NCBI GenBank assembly: GCA_963724295.1
Contig: CAVRUC010000010.1
Span: forward strand, 256,001-320,000
DNA: 64,000 nucleotides
Source: an uncultured Chloroflexia bacterium
Lineage (GTDB): Bacteria > Chloroflexota > Chloroflexia > Thermomicrobiales > UBA6265
Direction of reading: 5' to 3'
Below the pieces are notes generated by a model. The model had not been told where the DNA came from and did no database searches. It saw nothing but the letters and a program-made list of their open reading frames with translations. Of this stretch, positions 9,734 through 17,990 are shown piece after piece; position 1 is the stretch's first letter; every line of letters begins with the position of its first letter. The translations under genes were made by a program, and so were the position numbers.

Positions 9734-11026
9734 TTATGGAGCGCTGTTTGGAATGTGGAGCACTGGCTCGGGGATGGCGTCCGGATCGTCGTCGACGATG
9801 AGTCCCTCGGGTGACTGCTGCGGCCGAGAGCCATTCGGTCCCAGCAAATAGGCACGAATTTCGGCCGGCGTCGCCGCCTGGTTGACGGCGATGTAGAGTG
9901 CCGCCGCTCCGGTCACATGGGGAGCCGCCATGCTCGTCCCGTCCCGCGTCTGGTAGGTTCTGCCCGGCGTGGTGGAGAGGATGCAGGTTCCCGGCGCGGT
10001 AATATCGACGTCGGCGCCAAAGTTACTGTAGCGGGCAAAGGTGTCATCACCGTCGCTGTAGCAGGTTGCGGACGCCTGTCCGCCGGGACGACCGTCAAAA
10101 TCTGACAGGGCCGAGACGGTAATGACTTCGTCGTAGTTGGCAGGGAAGTATTTGGCGGCGTCAGCCACTTGGTTGCCCGCGGCAACGACGACGGTTACGC
10201 CGGCCTGGACCGCATTGCAGACCGCTGCGTGCAAGGCGTCATCAAGGCACGTGGTTTTTGGCCCTGTACCAATGAAGCTCATGTTGACGATGTCGATCGA
10301 ATCCTTGTGGGCGATGACCCAATCCAGTCCACAAATGATGGAGGCAGAGTCTCCACCACCCTGGTTGTTGAGCACTTTTACCGCATAGAGGCGCGCTCCC
10401 GGCGCTACCCCGACGACGCCGAAGCCATTGTCTCGAGCTCCGATCGTACCGGCCACGTGAGTGCCGTGGGCCACCACGTCCCCGGTTCCCTCACCAGTGC
10501 ACGCCTTGCCGCCGGCGATCGTCAAGTCGGGGTGGGCTGCGATACCCGTATCTAGCACCGCCACGTCGACGTTGATCGCGCCTCCATCGCCGTGGATCGC
10601 AGCTTGCGGGTTCTGGTCGGCTCCGATGCGACGGATGCCGGTGGGAATGGTCTGGCTCGCCTGATTGAGGCGCCTCCTGCATCGTCTCCTCTTCCTCGGG
10701 TTGTTTTGCGTACAGCGCTTCCTCTCGGTGGCGACCTGTCCAACTGCCTCAACCCGCCGATTGGGAGACACGATGGCTCCTGGGATTTGCTCCAGTGCGC
10801 GACGAATGCCTGGAGGCACTTCGGCCGCGAAGCCGTTGACGACCATATCGAAGCGATGGGTAGCTCGGACCTCAAAATCACGTAGCACCCCGCTGACACT
10901 CGCCCCCGGAGGAAGGATGACGACGATGTCCTCGGTTACCTCTCCCCTCTCGACACTCAGCGCCACGGACCCGTCGTCCGCCAGGAGCACGGCAACCAAT
11001 AGCAGTAGGATCACTCGCGCAGGCAT
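9734..11026 (-). CDS. Secreted S8 subtilisin-like serine peptidase with I9-type propeptide
   Basis: Catalytic triad motifs VAVLDTG, HGTHVAG, GTSMAAPHV; oxyanion AAGN; hydrophobic leader. Confidence 0.92.
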   Translation of the reverse strand: MPARVILLLLVAVLLADDGSVALSVERGEVTEDIVVILPPGASVSGVLRDFEVRATHRFDMVVNGFAAEVPPGIRRALEQIPGAIVSPNRRVEAVGQVATERKRCTQNNPRKRRRCRRRLNQASQTIPTGIRRIGADQNPQAAIHGDGGAINVDVAVLDTGIAAHPDLTIAGGKACTGEGTGDVVAHGTHVAGTIGARDNGFGVVGVAPGARLYAVKVLNNQGGGDSASIICGLDWVIAHKDSIDIVNMSFIGTGPKTTCLDDALHAAVCNAVQAGVTVVVAAGNQVADAAKYFPANYDEVITVSALSDFDGRPGGQASATCYSDGDDTFARYSNFGADVDITAPGTCILSTTPGRTYQTRDGTSMAAPHVTGAAALYIAVNQAATPAEIRAYLLGPNGSRPQQSPEGLIVDDDPDAIPEPVLHIPNSAP

Positions 11027-11555
11027 GCCTGACCAACGACGGTGGTCGGGGCTCGTCCGCGAAAGCCTCGCAGCTCGCATCACGCCGAATCGCATCGCGG
11101 GCGGAATCCGCAATTCATTGCAGCCTGCCGCCTGTGGACGAAGTGCATCATGAGATGTAAACGGAGCACGAGTTGTGCCAGAACCACTAGTGATCGAGCA
11201 CCTCTTACGGGAAGTCCACGATTTGGACCAGCGGAGGCGCATCCGCAGCAGATATCGCTCCAAAGACACCAGTACGGGCGCCGCCGGACTATCGCGAACT
11301 GGTGCAAACCTTGGTGTTTCGCAACTGGTACCGGACCGGGCAAGGACGGAGTTGATAGCGAGACCGCTGAAGTGGGTGCGCTAGAACTTCGTTGTATCTA
11401 GAATTGGGACACATCCGGGACGGTGTCTCATGTGCATCCCGCTTCGTTATGACAATCGTTGCTAAGTCCACCAGTAGTGGAGCCATCCCTGTGCTACGCC
11501 GCATCATGGCGCGATGGTTGAGGATGCGGCGTGACGGGTGCGTCAGCTTGCACAT

Positions 11556-12839
11556 TCACCCGACGGCCATGAGCGTGATAGCGGGCTCGATGCGAAACGA
11601 TAGCCGGTCATGGGCATCCCGCAGGGCGCGCTCCGCCCCATCCGGCGACTCGCCGCGGGCGAAGATGAACCCGAGATAGCTAGCGCCTTCCGGCAGAGGT
11701 GTCAACGGCTGGTTGAGCGGCGCTGTGATCTCGACCCCAGTCACCCCCGGCACGGCCGCGGCCTCCTCACGACCCAACACCTCACGCAGGATGCCCCCTC
11801 TGGGGATCGGGATCATCATCACCCCGGCCGCGCCGCCCGTGCGCTCGGTCGACGGCAAGGCCATCCCCACCGCATGGCCCAGGATGAGCTCCTCGAGACT
11901 GAGCCCGGCGCCGAACTCGAGCACCGTCGAGCACAGCCCGCCAATGGAGCGACCTGCCATCTCGATCAGCCAGACGCCATCGTCATTGACGCGCAGCTCG
12001 GCGTGGATTGGTCCCTCGCGCAGTCCCAACGCCGCGGCGGCTTCGGCGGTCCGCGCCGAGATCGCCGCTTGTGTCACCTCCGGCAACCGGGAGGGAGTCA
12101 CGTAGATTGTCTCCTCGAAGAAGGGCCCTTCCAATGGATCGGGTTTGTCGAACAGCGCCAGCGTCTGCAGGGACCCGTCCGTCAGCAAGCCTTCGAGCGC
12201 AACCTCGAACCCCGGGAGGTACCGCTCAATGAGCAGCTCGCCCCGCTCGAGCGATTCTCCCTCTCGCAGCACGATCCGCCGCGCCCGTTCCCAGGCCTGG
12301 ATGAGCTCATCCCGATCATCAGCCCGGATAACGCCTCGGCTACCGGAGAGTCGCACGGGTTTCACCACGACCGGGAACGGAATCTCGCCGGCCACAGTCG
12401 CGGGATCACTCGTCAGTGGATAGCGCCGGTACTCCGGCACGGGGATCCCGCCCCGGTGCAGGGCCTCTCGCATCACCCACTTGTCGCGGGCGGCGAGCGC
12501 GGCGTCCGGGTCGTTATGCGGCAGACCGAGTGCCGCCGCCGCTCGCGCCGCCAGCAGCGTCGCGCTATCGTCGAGCGCCAGGATGGCATCGACGGGGTGC
12601 TCGGCGGCAAAGGTGGTAAGAGCCGCGATCGCCGCGTCCGGTTTCGTGAAATCGAGCCCCAGTGGCATCCCCCAGCGCTCGGCAAGCGCCTGGGGCGTGT
12701 CCGTGGCCTGGACGACCTCGAGAGCGAGCCGCGCCGCCGCCTGCCGAAACGCGCCCGCCCGGTACGTCGCCGGACTCGCCAGGAGGACCACACGCGGCCG
12801 GCGGTCATCGGGGATGGGGTGATGGAGTGATGGGGTCAT
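11556..12839 (-). CDS. ATP-grasp domain protein (L-amino-acid ligase-like)
   Basis: ARDKWVMR, PVVVKP..LSGSRGV, LLIERYLPGFE, HAELR, LIEMAGR; start approximate. Confidence 0.85.
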   Translation of the reverse strand: MTPSLHHPIPDDRRPRVVLLASPATYRAGAFRQAAARLALEVVQATDTPQALAERWGMPLGLDFTKPDAAIAALTTFAAEHPVDAILALDDSATLLAARAAAALGLPHNDPDAALAARDKWVMREALHRGGIPVPEYRRYPLTSDPATVAGEIPFPVVVKPVRLSGSRGVIRADDRDELIQAWERARRIVLREGESLERGELLIERYLPGFEVALEGLLTDGSLQTLALFDKPDPLEGPFFEETIYVTPSRLPEVTQAAISARTAEAAAALGLREGPIHAELRVNDDGVWLIEMAGRSIGGLCSTVLEFGAGLSLEELILGHAVGMALPSTERTGGAAGVMMIPIPRGGILREVLGREEAAAVPGVTGVEITAPLNQPLTPLPEGASYLGFIFARGESPDGAERALRDAHDRLSFRIEPAITLMAVG

Positions 12840-12980
12840 AAGGTGATCGAGTGAGCGGATGATCGGCAGACAGGTGATGTCGGGTTGGGAGTCGTGGATC
12901 TTGGACAGCGGTTCAAGCAAATGCTGTTGGATATGCTCGCCTGACTAACGACGTATAACTCCCAATCACCCTATGACCCT
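12810..12980. repeat. Inverted pair of degenerate 8-mer tandem arrays
   Basis: gggatggggtgatggagtgatggggtcataaggtgatcgagtga ... actcccaatcaccctatgaccc. Confidence 0.6.
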
Positions 12981-13222
12981 TCGTCGACCGTATCGACCGG
13001 GACATCGGCGGCTCGGCCGAGCGTGCAGACGACGATCGTGTAGACCCCACCGGAGCCATCGGGCGTGACGGAGATATCGCTCACCCGCAGGTTGGCGTAC
13101 GGAGTCTGCGAGCGGTCCTTGCTCAGCCACTGGTTGACGTCGTCCATGGCGGCACTCGTGTCCCGGCCGGCACTGGGGCTGTGAAAGAGGAATACCCGCG
13201 TATCGGCGGGAACAAGATCCAT
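12971..13222 (-). CDS. Small hypothetical protein (83 aa)
   Basis: SD AGGAG before the ATG; globular composition; GC3-biased codons. Confidence 0.7.
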   Translation of the reverse strand: MDLVPADTRVFLFHSPSAGRDTSAAMDDVNQWLSKDRSQTPYANLRVSDISVTPDGSGGVYTIVVCTLGRAADVPVDTVDEGS

Positions 13223-13244
13223 CGAGCGTGCTCCTAGCTAACGA

Positions 13245-13425
13245 AGGGTGGCGAGGTGACAAGGTGGCTGGGTGGCAGGAAAACTCCCTCGTTCCTGACC
13301 CGTCTCCCATCCGAGTTATGGCGAATAGAGTTCGGCCGCCGCGCCAAGCGAGCTTTACAGGGCGAGTATAAGTGAAGAACTCCCAGTCACCCCGACACCC
13401 TTCGACCCTGCCACCCTCGTCACGC
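13245..13425. repeat. Inverted pair of degenerate 8-mer tandem arrays
   Basis: agggtggcgaggtgacaaggtggctgggtggc ... cagtcaccccgacacccttcgaccctgccaccctcgtcac. Confidence 0.6.
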
Positions 13426-14160
13426 GACGGTCTGCGTCTTGTCCAGCGCGGAGTCAGCCACCACTGGGGGCAACTGGCCCGGAACCGGGGGCGCGACTTC
13501 CATCCAGCCCTGACGGACCGCGTAGAGAATGGCGCCAACCCGATCACTGGCGTTCAGCTTTCGCAACACCGAGGTCATGTGGTTCTTGACCGTCTGCTCG
13601 GAAACGAAGAGCGCGTCGGCGATCTCCTTGTTGGAGAGTCCCTGCGCGACGCAGTCGAGCACCGCCAGCTCCCGCGTCGAGAGCGGCATCGGCTCTTCGC
13701 TGCTACCAGCCTCGCTCGGCAGACGCAGCTCGGCGCGCAGGCGTCGCGCCAGGTCCGGCCTCGCCAGCAACTCGGCTCGCAACAGATTTTCCCCGGCGCA
13801 GATGCGCGCGAGGGCCGCGGTGAGCGCCTCGGCGCCGATGTCTTTCTGCAAGAAGGCGACCGCCCCGGCTCGCACCGCCTCGATGATGCGATCGTCATCG
13901 ACGTGGACCGAAAGGACCACGATGCGCGCACGGGTCTGCTTGCGGCGCAGAATGCGGGTGATGCGCAGCCCGGTGATACCCGGCAGCTGGACGTCCAGCA
14001 GGATCAACCCCGGGCGCGTCTCCTCCGCCGCCCGGATCGCCTCGTGGGCGTTGCCCGCCTCCGCGACGATCTCATAACGTCCGGTCGCTTCCAGCACCCG
14101 GCGCAGCCCGGTGCGAAATACCGGATGATCGTCGACCAACAGCACGCGCCGTGCGAGCAC
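13420..14160 (-). CDS. NarL/LuxR family response regulator
   Basis: LVDDH, LLDVQLP, FLQKD receiver domain; LSTRELAVL..VAQGLSNKEIA..L.VSEQTVKNH HTH. Confidence 0.93.
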   Translation of the reverse strand: MLARRVLLVDDHPVFRTGLRRVLEATGRYEIVAEAGNAHEAIRAAEETRPGLILLDVQLPGITGLRITRILRRKQTRARIVVLSVHVDDDRIIEAVRAGAVAFLQKDIGAEALTAALARICAGENLLRAELLARPDLARRLRAELRLPSEAGSSEEPMPLSTRELAVLDCVAQGLSNKEIADALFVSEQTVKNHMTSVLRKLNASDRVGAILYAVRQGWMEVAPPVPGQLPPVVADSALDKTQTVA

Positions 14161-14460
14161 GGACCACCCTCCCCGCTTTGCCGCTTACGGTCGGGCCTGT
14201 CCCCTCGGGAGGCGCCATCCACACCTCACCGTCAGACCCGACCGAGCAGCCTCCTACCCGTCCCCAACAGATCGACGCTAGCGGGCTTGTCCGTGCCGGG
14301 CCGCACTCCCAGCGACGGACAGCGACGAACCTGCACCTCATCCTATGAGGCTCGGAACTGATTAGCAACGGACAGGATGGCACAACCCGGGCTGAGATCC
14401 TGGCTCTTATCGTGCCAGAAAGTCAACGCACCGATGATTATGAAGAGTCGTCCTGTGAGG

Positions 14461-15018
14461 TCAGCGGGACTCGCGAAGGAGGAGCAGGCCGATCAGCGTT
14501 TTCGCGTCCTGGATCTGCTCCGGACCGGGCGCGACGAGGCGCGGAATGTCAGCCAGGGGCATTGGCGACAACCGGATCAACTCGTCCGGATCGATCTCAC
14601 CGCCTGCCGGCTCGCACTCCGCGGCGTGGAAGATCGTCAGCCGCTCGTCCGTATAGCCAGGCGAGGTGTAGTACGACGCCAGCTGCGTCAGCCGGCCGGC
14701 GCGATAACCGGTTTCCTCGGTCAACTCCCGTCGCGCGCACGCCTCGGGCGTCTCCCCCGGCTCCAGCGTCCCCGCGGGAATCCCCAGCAACGTGCGGCCG
14801 ATGGTGTGGTGGCTCTGGCGCAGCAGCAAGACGTTGCCATCACCGGTGACACCCACGATCGCCACCGATCCGGGGTGCTCGACGACCTCTCGCGTGGTCA
14901 CGCGCCCGGTAGGCAAGCGCACCTCGTCGACGCGGACGTGCACCCAGGCGCCGTCGAACCCTCTTTGGGAGGAAAGCGTCTCGTCGAGCGGCGGGTTTTC
15001 AGGATCGGCGTCGGACAT
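14461..15018 (-). CDS. NUDIX hydrolase (ADP-ribose pyrophosphatase-like)
   Basis: PAGTLEPGETPEACARRELTEETGY Nudix box; REVVEHPGSV; SPG; DAKT. Confidence 0.9.
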   Translation of the reverse strand: MSDADPENPPLDETLSSQRGFDGAWVHVRVDEVRLPTGRVTTREVVEHPGSVAIVGVTGDGNVLLLRQSHHTIGRTLLGIPAGTLEPGETPEACARRELTEETGYRAGRLTQLASYYTSPGYTDERLTIFHAAECEPAGGEIDPDELIRLSPMPLADIPRLVAPGPEQIQDAKTLIGLLLLRESR

Positions 15019-15043
15019 TGGCAAACGTCTCCTCGCAAACACG

Positions 15044-15068
15044 GACGGCACCCGTCGAGGGTGCCGTC
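15044..15068 (-). terminator. Hairpin directly after the tRNA-Cys 3' end
   Basis: GACGGCACCC-N5-GGGTGCCGTC 10-bp stem abutting the CCA end; weak U tract. Confidence 0.5.
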
Positions 15069-15142
15069 TGGAGGCGCCAGGCGGATTCGAACCGCCGATC
15101 AGGGTTTTGCAGACCCGTGCCTTACCACTTGGCTATGGCGCC
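15069..15142 (-). tRNA. tRNA-Cys (GCA)
   Basis: Reverse complement GGCGCCATAGCCAAGTGGTAAGGCACGGGTCTGCAAAACCCTGATCGGCGGTTCGAATCCGCCTGGCGCCTCCA: GCA anticodon, TTCGAA T-loop, U73 discriminator, encoded CCA. Confidence 0.97.
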
Positions 15143-15175
15143 AACAAGGGTTGCCGCTGGTCAAGGGCACTCGAC

Positions 15176-15184
15176 AGTTTAGCA
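15176..15184 (-). promoter_or_regulatory. Extended -10 element for tRNA-Cys
   Basis: TGcTAAACT on the minus strand about 33 nt upstream of the tRNA. Confidence 0.45.
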
Positions 15185-15349
15185 TGACGCCGGCCTGCCT
15201 CGGTGTCTCGTGGGCAGAGCAAAGCGTGGATTGCCAATGGCCACCGCCACCCGTAGAGTACGAACGCACGGAAGCGTCGCGGGTTGGGAGCCAGACCCGG
15301 ATCGCCACTGGGGATCCGCGGCGGAATCGAATTGAGAGGAACAAGCGCG

Positions 15350-15799
15350 ATGTACATCCGCGGACTCGACGTCAGACAAACGGCGCCATACGGGCTGGCG
15401 ATTCTGCGCATCGTCCTGGGCATCGCGATGCTCGTCCACGGCTGGAGCAAGCTGAACGGCGGTGTCGACAATGTGGCCGGCTTCTTCGGCGGAATGCTTG
15501 GCATTCCCGCGCCGGGACTCATGGCCTGGGTGGTGACGATCGTCGAGCTGGTCGGCGGCATTTTCCTCGTGGTTGGGTTCCTGACCCAGATCGCCGGAAT
15601 CCTGATCGCGCTGGACATGCTCGGCGCCATCCTGTTCGCCTTCCTGCTCAGGGGCGCTCCCTTTATCGAAAATGGCCAGATCACCTGGGAGAAAGAAGCG
15701 GTCTTCGCCGCCGCGGCCCTCTGCATCGTCCTGGCCGGACCAGGCGCCTGGTCGGTCGACGACGTCGTGGCCGGGAATCGTACGCGGGCGGTGACCTAG
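15350..15799 (+). CDS. DoxX family membrane protein
   Basis: LRIVLGIAMLVHGWSKL, ELVGG..L..GFLT, GPGAWSVD. Confidence 0.9.
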   Translation: MYIRGLDVRQTAPYGLAILRIVLGIAMLVHGWSKLNGGVDNVAGFFGGMLGIPAPGLMAWVVTIVELVGGIFLVVGFLTQIAGILIALDMLGAILFAFLLRGAPFIENGQITWEKEAVFAAAALCIVLAGPGAWSVDDVVAGNRTRAVT

Positions 15800-15803
15800 A
15801 ACA

Positions 15804-16859
15804 GTGCGTTCTTCCCTCCTGATTTCGCGCCGCCGGTTGCTGGCGCTAGTCCCGGTCTCAACCGTGCTGGCCGCCGGTTCCGGGGCATCCGGCACCCGCT
15901 TCGTGCCAGTTGGGGCGCGTGCCCTGGCGCAGGAACCCGAGCTGGAAACCGTCAGCGTCGCACTCGACTGGTATCCGAACGCCAACCATGCCGGGCTCTA
16001 CCTGGCTCAGGAACGGGGCTACTACGCCGAGGAAGGTCTCGCGCCCGAGTTCTACACCCCGTCCGATCCGACGACCGTCTTGCAAACAGTCGGCGCTGGG
16101 CGGGACGACTTCGGTATCTCCTACCAGACGGATGTCCTGCTGGCGCGGGCGGCCGGAGTGCCGGTCGTCTCCGTGCTGGCGCTCGTGCAGACACCGCTGC
16201 AAGGCATCATGGTCCTGGCCGACAGCGGCATCACCCGACCGCGTGACCTGGTCGGAAAGACCGTCGGCTATCCGGGGATCCCGAGCCAGGAAGCGTTCCT
16301 GGCCACGATGCTCGAGGACGATGGCGCGGCCATGGACGACGTCGACCTTGTCAACATCGACTTCAACCTGGTGCCAGGGCTCATCTCGGGACAGGTCGAC
16401 GCCTCGCTCGGCGCGTTCTGGACGCACGAGCCAATCCTGGCCGAAGAGGAGGGGTATCCAACCAGCTTCCTGAAGGTCGATGACTGGGGTGTGCCGTCCT
16501 ATTACGAGCTGGTGATCGCGGCCGGCGAAGACACGGTCACGCAGCGGTCCGAGCTCGTCGAGCGCTTCCTGCGTGCCACGCGGCGTGGGTACGAAGACGC
16601 CATCGCCGACCCGGCGGCCGCCATCGCCGCGTTGCGCGCCGCCAGCCCGGATCTCAACGTGGCGGTCGAGGAAGCGGGCATCGCCCTGCTCATCCCCGCC
16701 TGGACCGCGGACAGCGTTCCATTCGGAACGCAGACCGCGCAGCGCTGGGATGCCTACGCGGCGTGGATGGCCGAGCGCGCGCTCATCCCTGACGATCTCG
16801 ACGCCGCCGCGGCCTGGCGTGGCGATCTGGCGCCCGTCGCGGCAACCCCAATTCTGTAG
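15804..16859 (+). CDS. NMT1/THI5-like (ThiY-type) ABC substrate-binding protein, Tat leader
   Basis: SRRRLL leader; LDWYPNANHAGLYLAQERGYY..EGL; ISYQ; FWTHE; GVPSYYELV. Confidence 0.87.
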   Translation: MRSSLLISRRRLLALVPVSTVLAAGSGASGTRFVPVGARALAQEPELETVSVALDWYPNANHAGLYLAQERGYYAEEGLAPEFYTPSDPTTVLQTVGAGRDDFGISYQTDVLLARAAGVPVVSVLALVQTPLQGIMVLADSGITRPRDLVGKTVGYPGIPSQEAFLATMLEDDGAAMDDVDLVNIDFNLVPGLISGQVDASLGAFWTHEPILAEEEGYPTSFLKVDDWGVPSYYELVIAAGEDTVTQRSELVERFLRATRRGYEDAIADPAAAIAALRAASPDLNVAVEEAGIALLIPAWTADSVPFGTQTAQRWDAYAAWMAERALIPDDLDAAAAWRGDLAPVAATPIL

Positions 16860-17278
16860 GGCCCTCGTCGCCCCGGATCGCCCGCGGCCAGAAGGTTGGA
16901 TTCCCGCAGATCCACCCCTCACTGCTCGTTCGCCGTGGCGCCTGCTGCCCGGGCCGCGAGCTCGCGCGTCGCATGAGGGCCGGTCAGGAGAACGACGAGA
17001 TGCGAGTGATGCTGGCCCGCCCTGGGCCGTGCGGCGGGTGCGGCGTCCTGGGTAGAGCGGCCTCTTAGCTCTGCCCACCTTCCCAGCTCGGTGGGCGGCG
17101 ATCGATCGTGAACGGAGTAATCCTGTTGATCTGCTTCAATGGCGGCAGTGCATTTTCCAGCAAGCCGCCTTTCTCAACAGGTTGTACATTTCAGGCAGCG
17201 CTCCTTGTTGAGATTCCGGGCACGCTGTCAAACCAGACACCAGGACGTCGCAATCACAGTACAGAGGCAAGGCAAGCC

Positions 17279-17644
17279 ATGGCTCAGTCAATCCTCAAAC
17301 AGCCTCGAGCCGCTATCCGCGAGCTCAAACGGGACTACCGGATTTCCGACGAGGAGGAGCTCCTCGCCTTCCTCGAACGTTACCCTGCGATCGCTCCCCT
17401 GCTTCACGACACCCGAAGCAATATCCGCAGGTACTTTGATGGGGATCCAGTGCGACTGGACATTTTCTACGATCTTGAATGGCCGGAAGAAGGACCCAAG
17501 CTAGTCGTGAATATACAGACCCATTTTGCCAGTCACGAAGCGTTGGACCGCCTGCATCGGTTCGTCAATGCGTGGTGGATCAAGAAACGTAAGGACATTG
17601 ACGCTCCCCTAATGGTCAGCTTCGAGCACACTAGACGTGTTTGA
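17279..17644 (+). CDS. Hypothetical protein, putative antitoxin partner of HEPN
   Basis: AT-richer codons; overlaps the HEPN gene by 8 nt. Confidence 0.65.
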   Translation: MAQSILKQPRAAIRELKRDYRISDEEELLAFLERYPAIAPLLHDTRSNIRRYFDGDPVRLDIFYDLEWPEEGPKLVVNIQTHFASHEALDRLHRFVNAWWIKKRKDIDAPLMVSFEHTRRV

Positions 17645-17990
17645 GTGGGTCGATTTTATCGATCTTGCCGAGGATCTAGCGGCGAAACAGAACGATGAAG
17701 CGGCAGCCCGTACGGCTATTAGCCGTGCCTACTACGCGACGTTTCACACAGGTCGCGACTACCTTGTACGTGCCGGAATTTCTCTCGACCGTAGCCGTAA
17801 CGCTCACCGGCAGGTTCAAGACGCACTTCGGACGAAGAACGCAGAGATCGGACAGGATTTAGAACTGCTCCATTTCTGGCGGAAGAGAGCCGACTACGAC
17901 AACCTGCAACTTACTGACGTCGATGAGCAAGCCAAATCGGCGGTGACCTTGGCCAGAGAAACATTGGACGCGATCAAGGCCATCTCATAG
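17637..17990 (+). CDS. HEPN domain protein (UPF0332-like)
   Basis: RTAISRAYYATFH and RKRADY motifs. Confidence 0.85.
   Translation: MFEWVDFIDLAEDLAAKQNDEAAARTAISRAYYATFHTGRDYLVRAGISLDRSRNAHRQVQDALRTKNAEIGQDLELLHFWRKRADYDNLQLTDVDEQAKSAVTLARETLDAIKAIS

Noticed and set aside
15069..15142. tRNA-Cys as an island integration site
   Set aside because: No integrase and no duplicated tRNA 3' end seen in the window.
15150..15350. TPP riboswitch ahead of doxX and the thiY-like gene
   Set aside because: No CTGAGA...CCTGA core; the region is explained by divergent promoters.
14377..15822. Long alternative ORFs (e.g. 14377..15822, 24547..26067, 8379..9620, 52617..53966, 53970..55340)
   Set aside because: Shadow or antisense frames of real genes, Arg/Pro-rich, expected in high-GC DNA.
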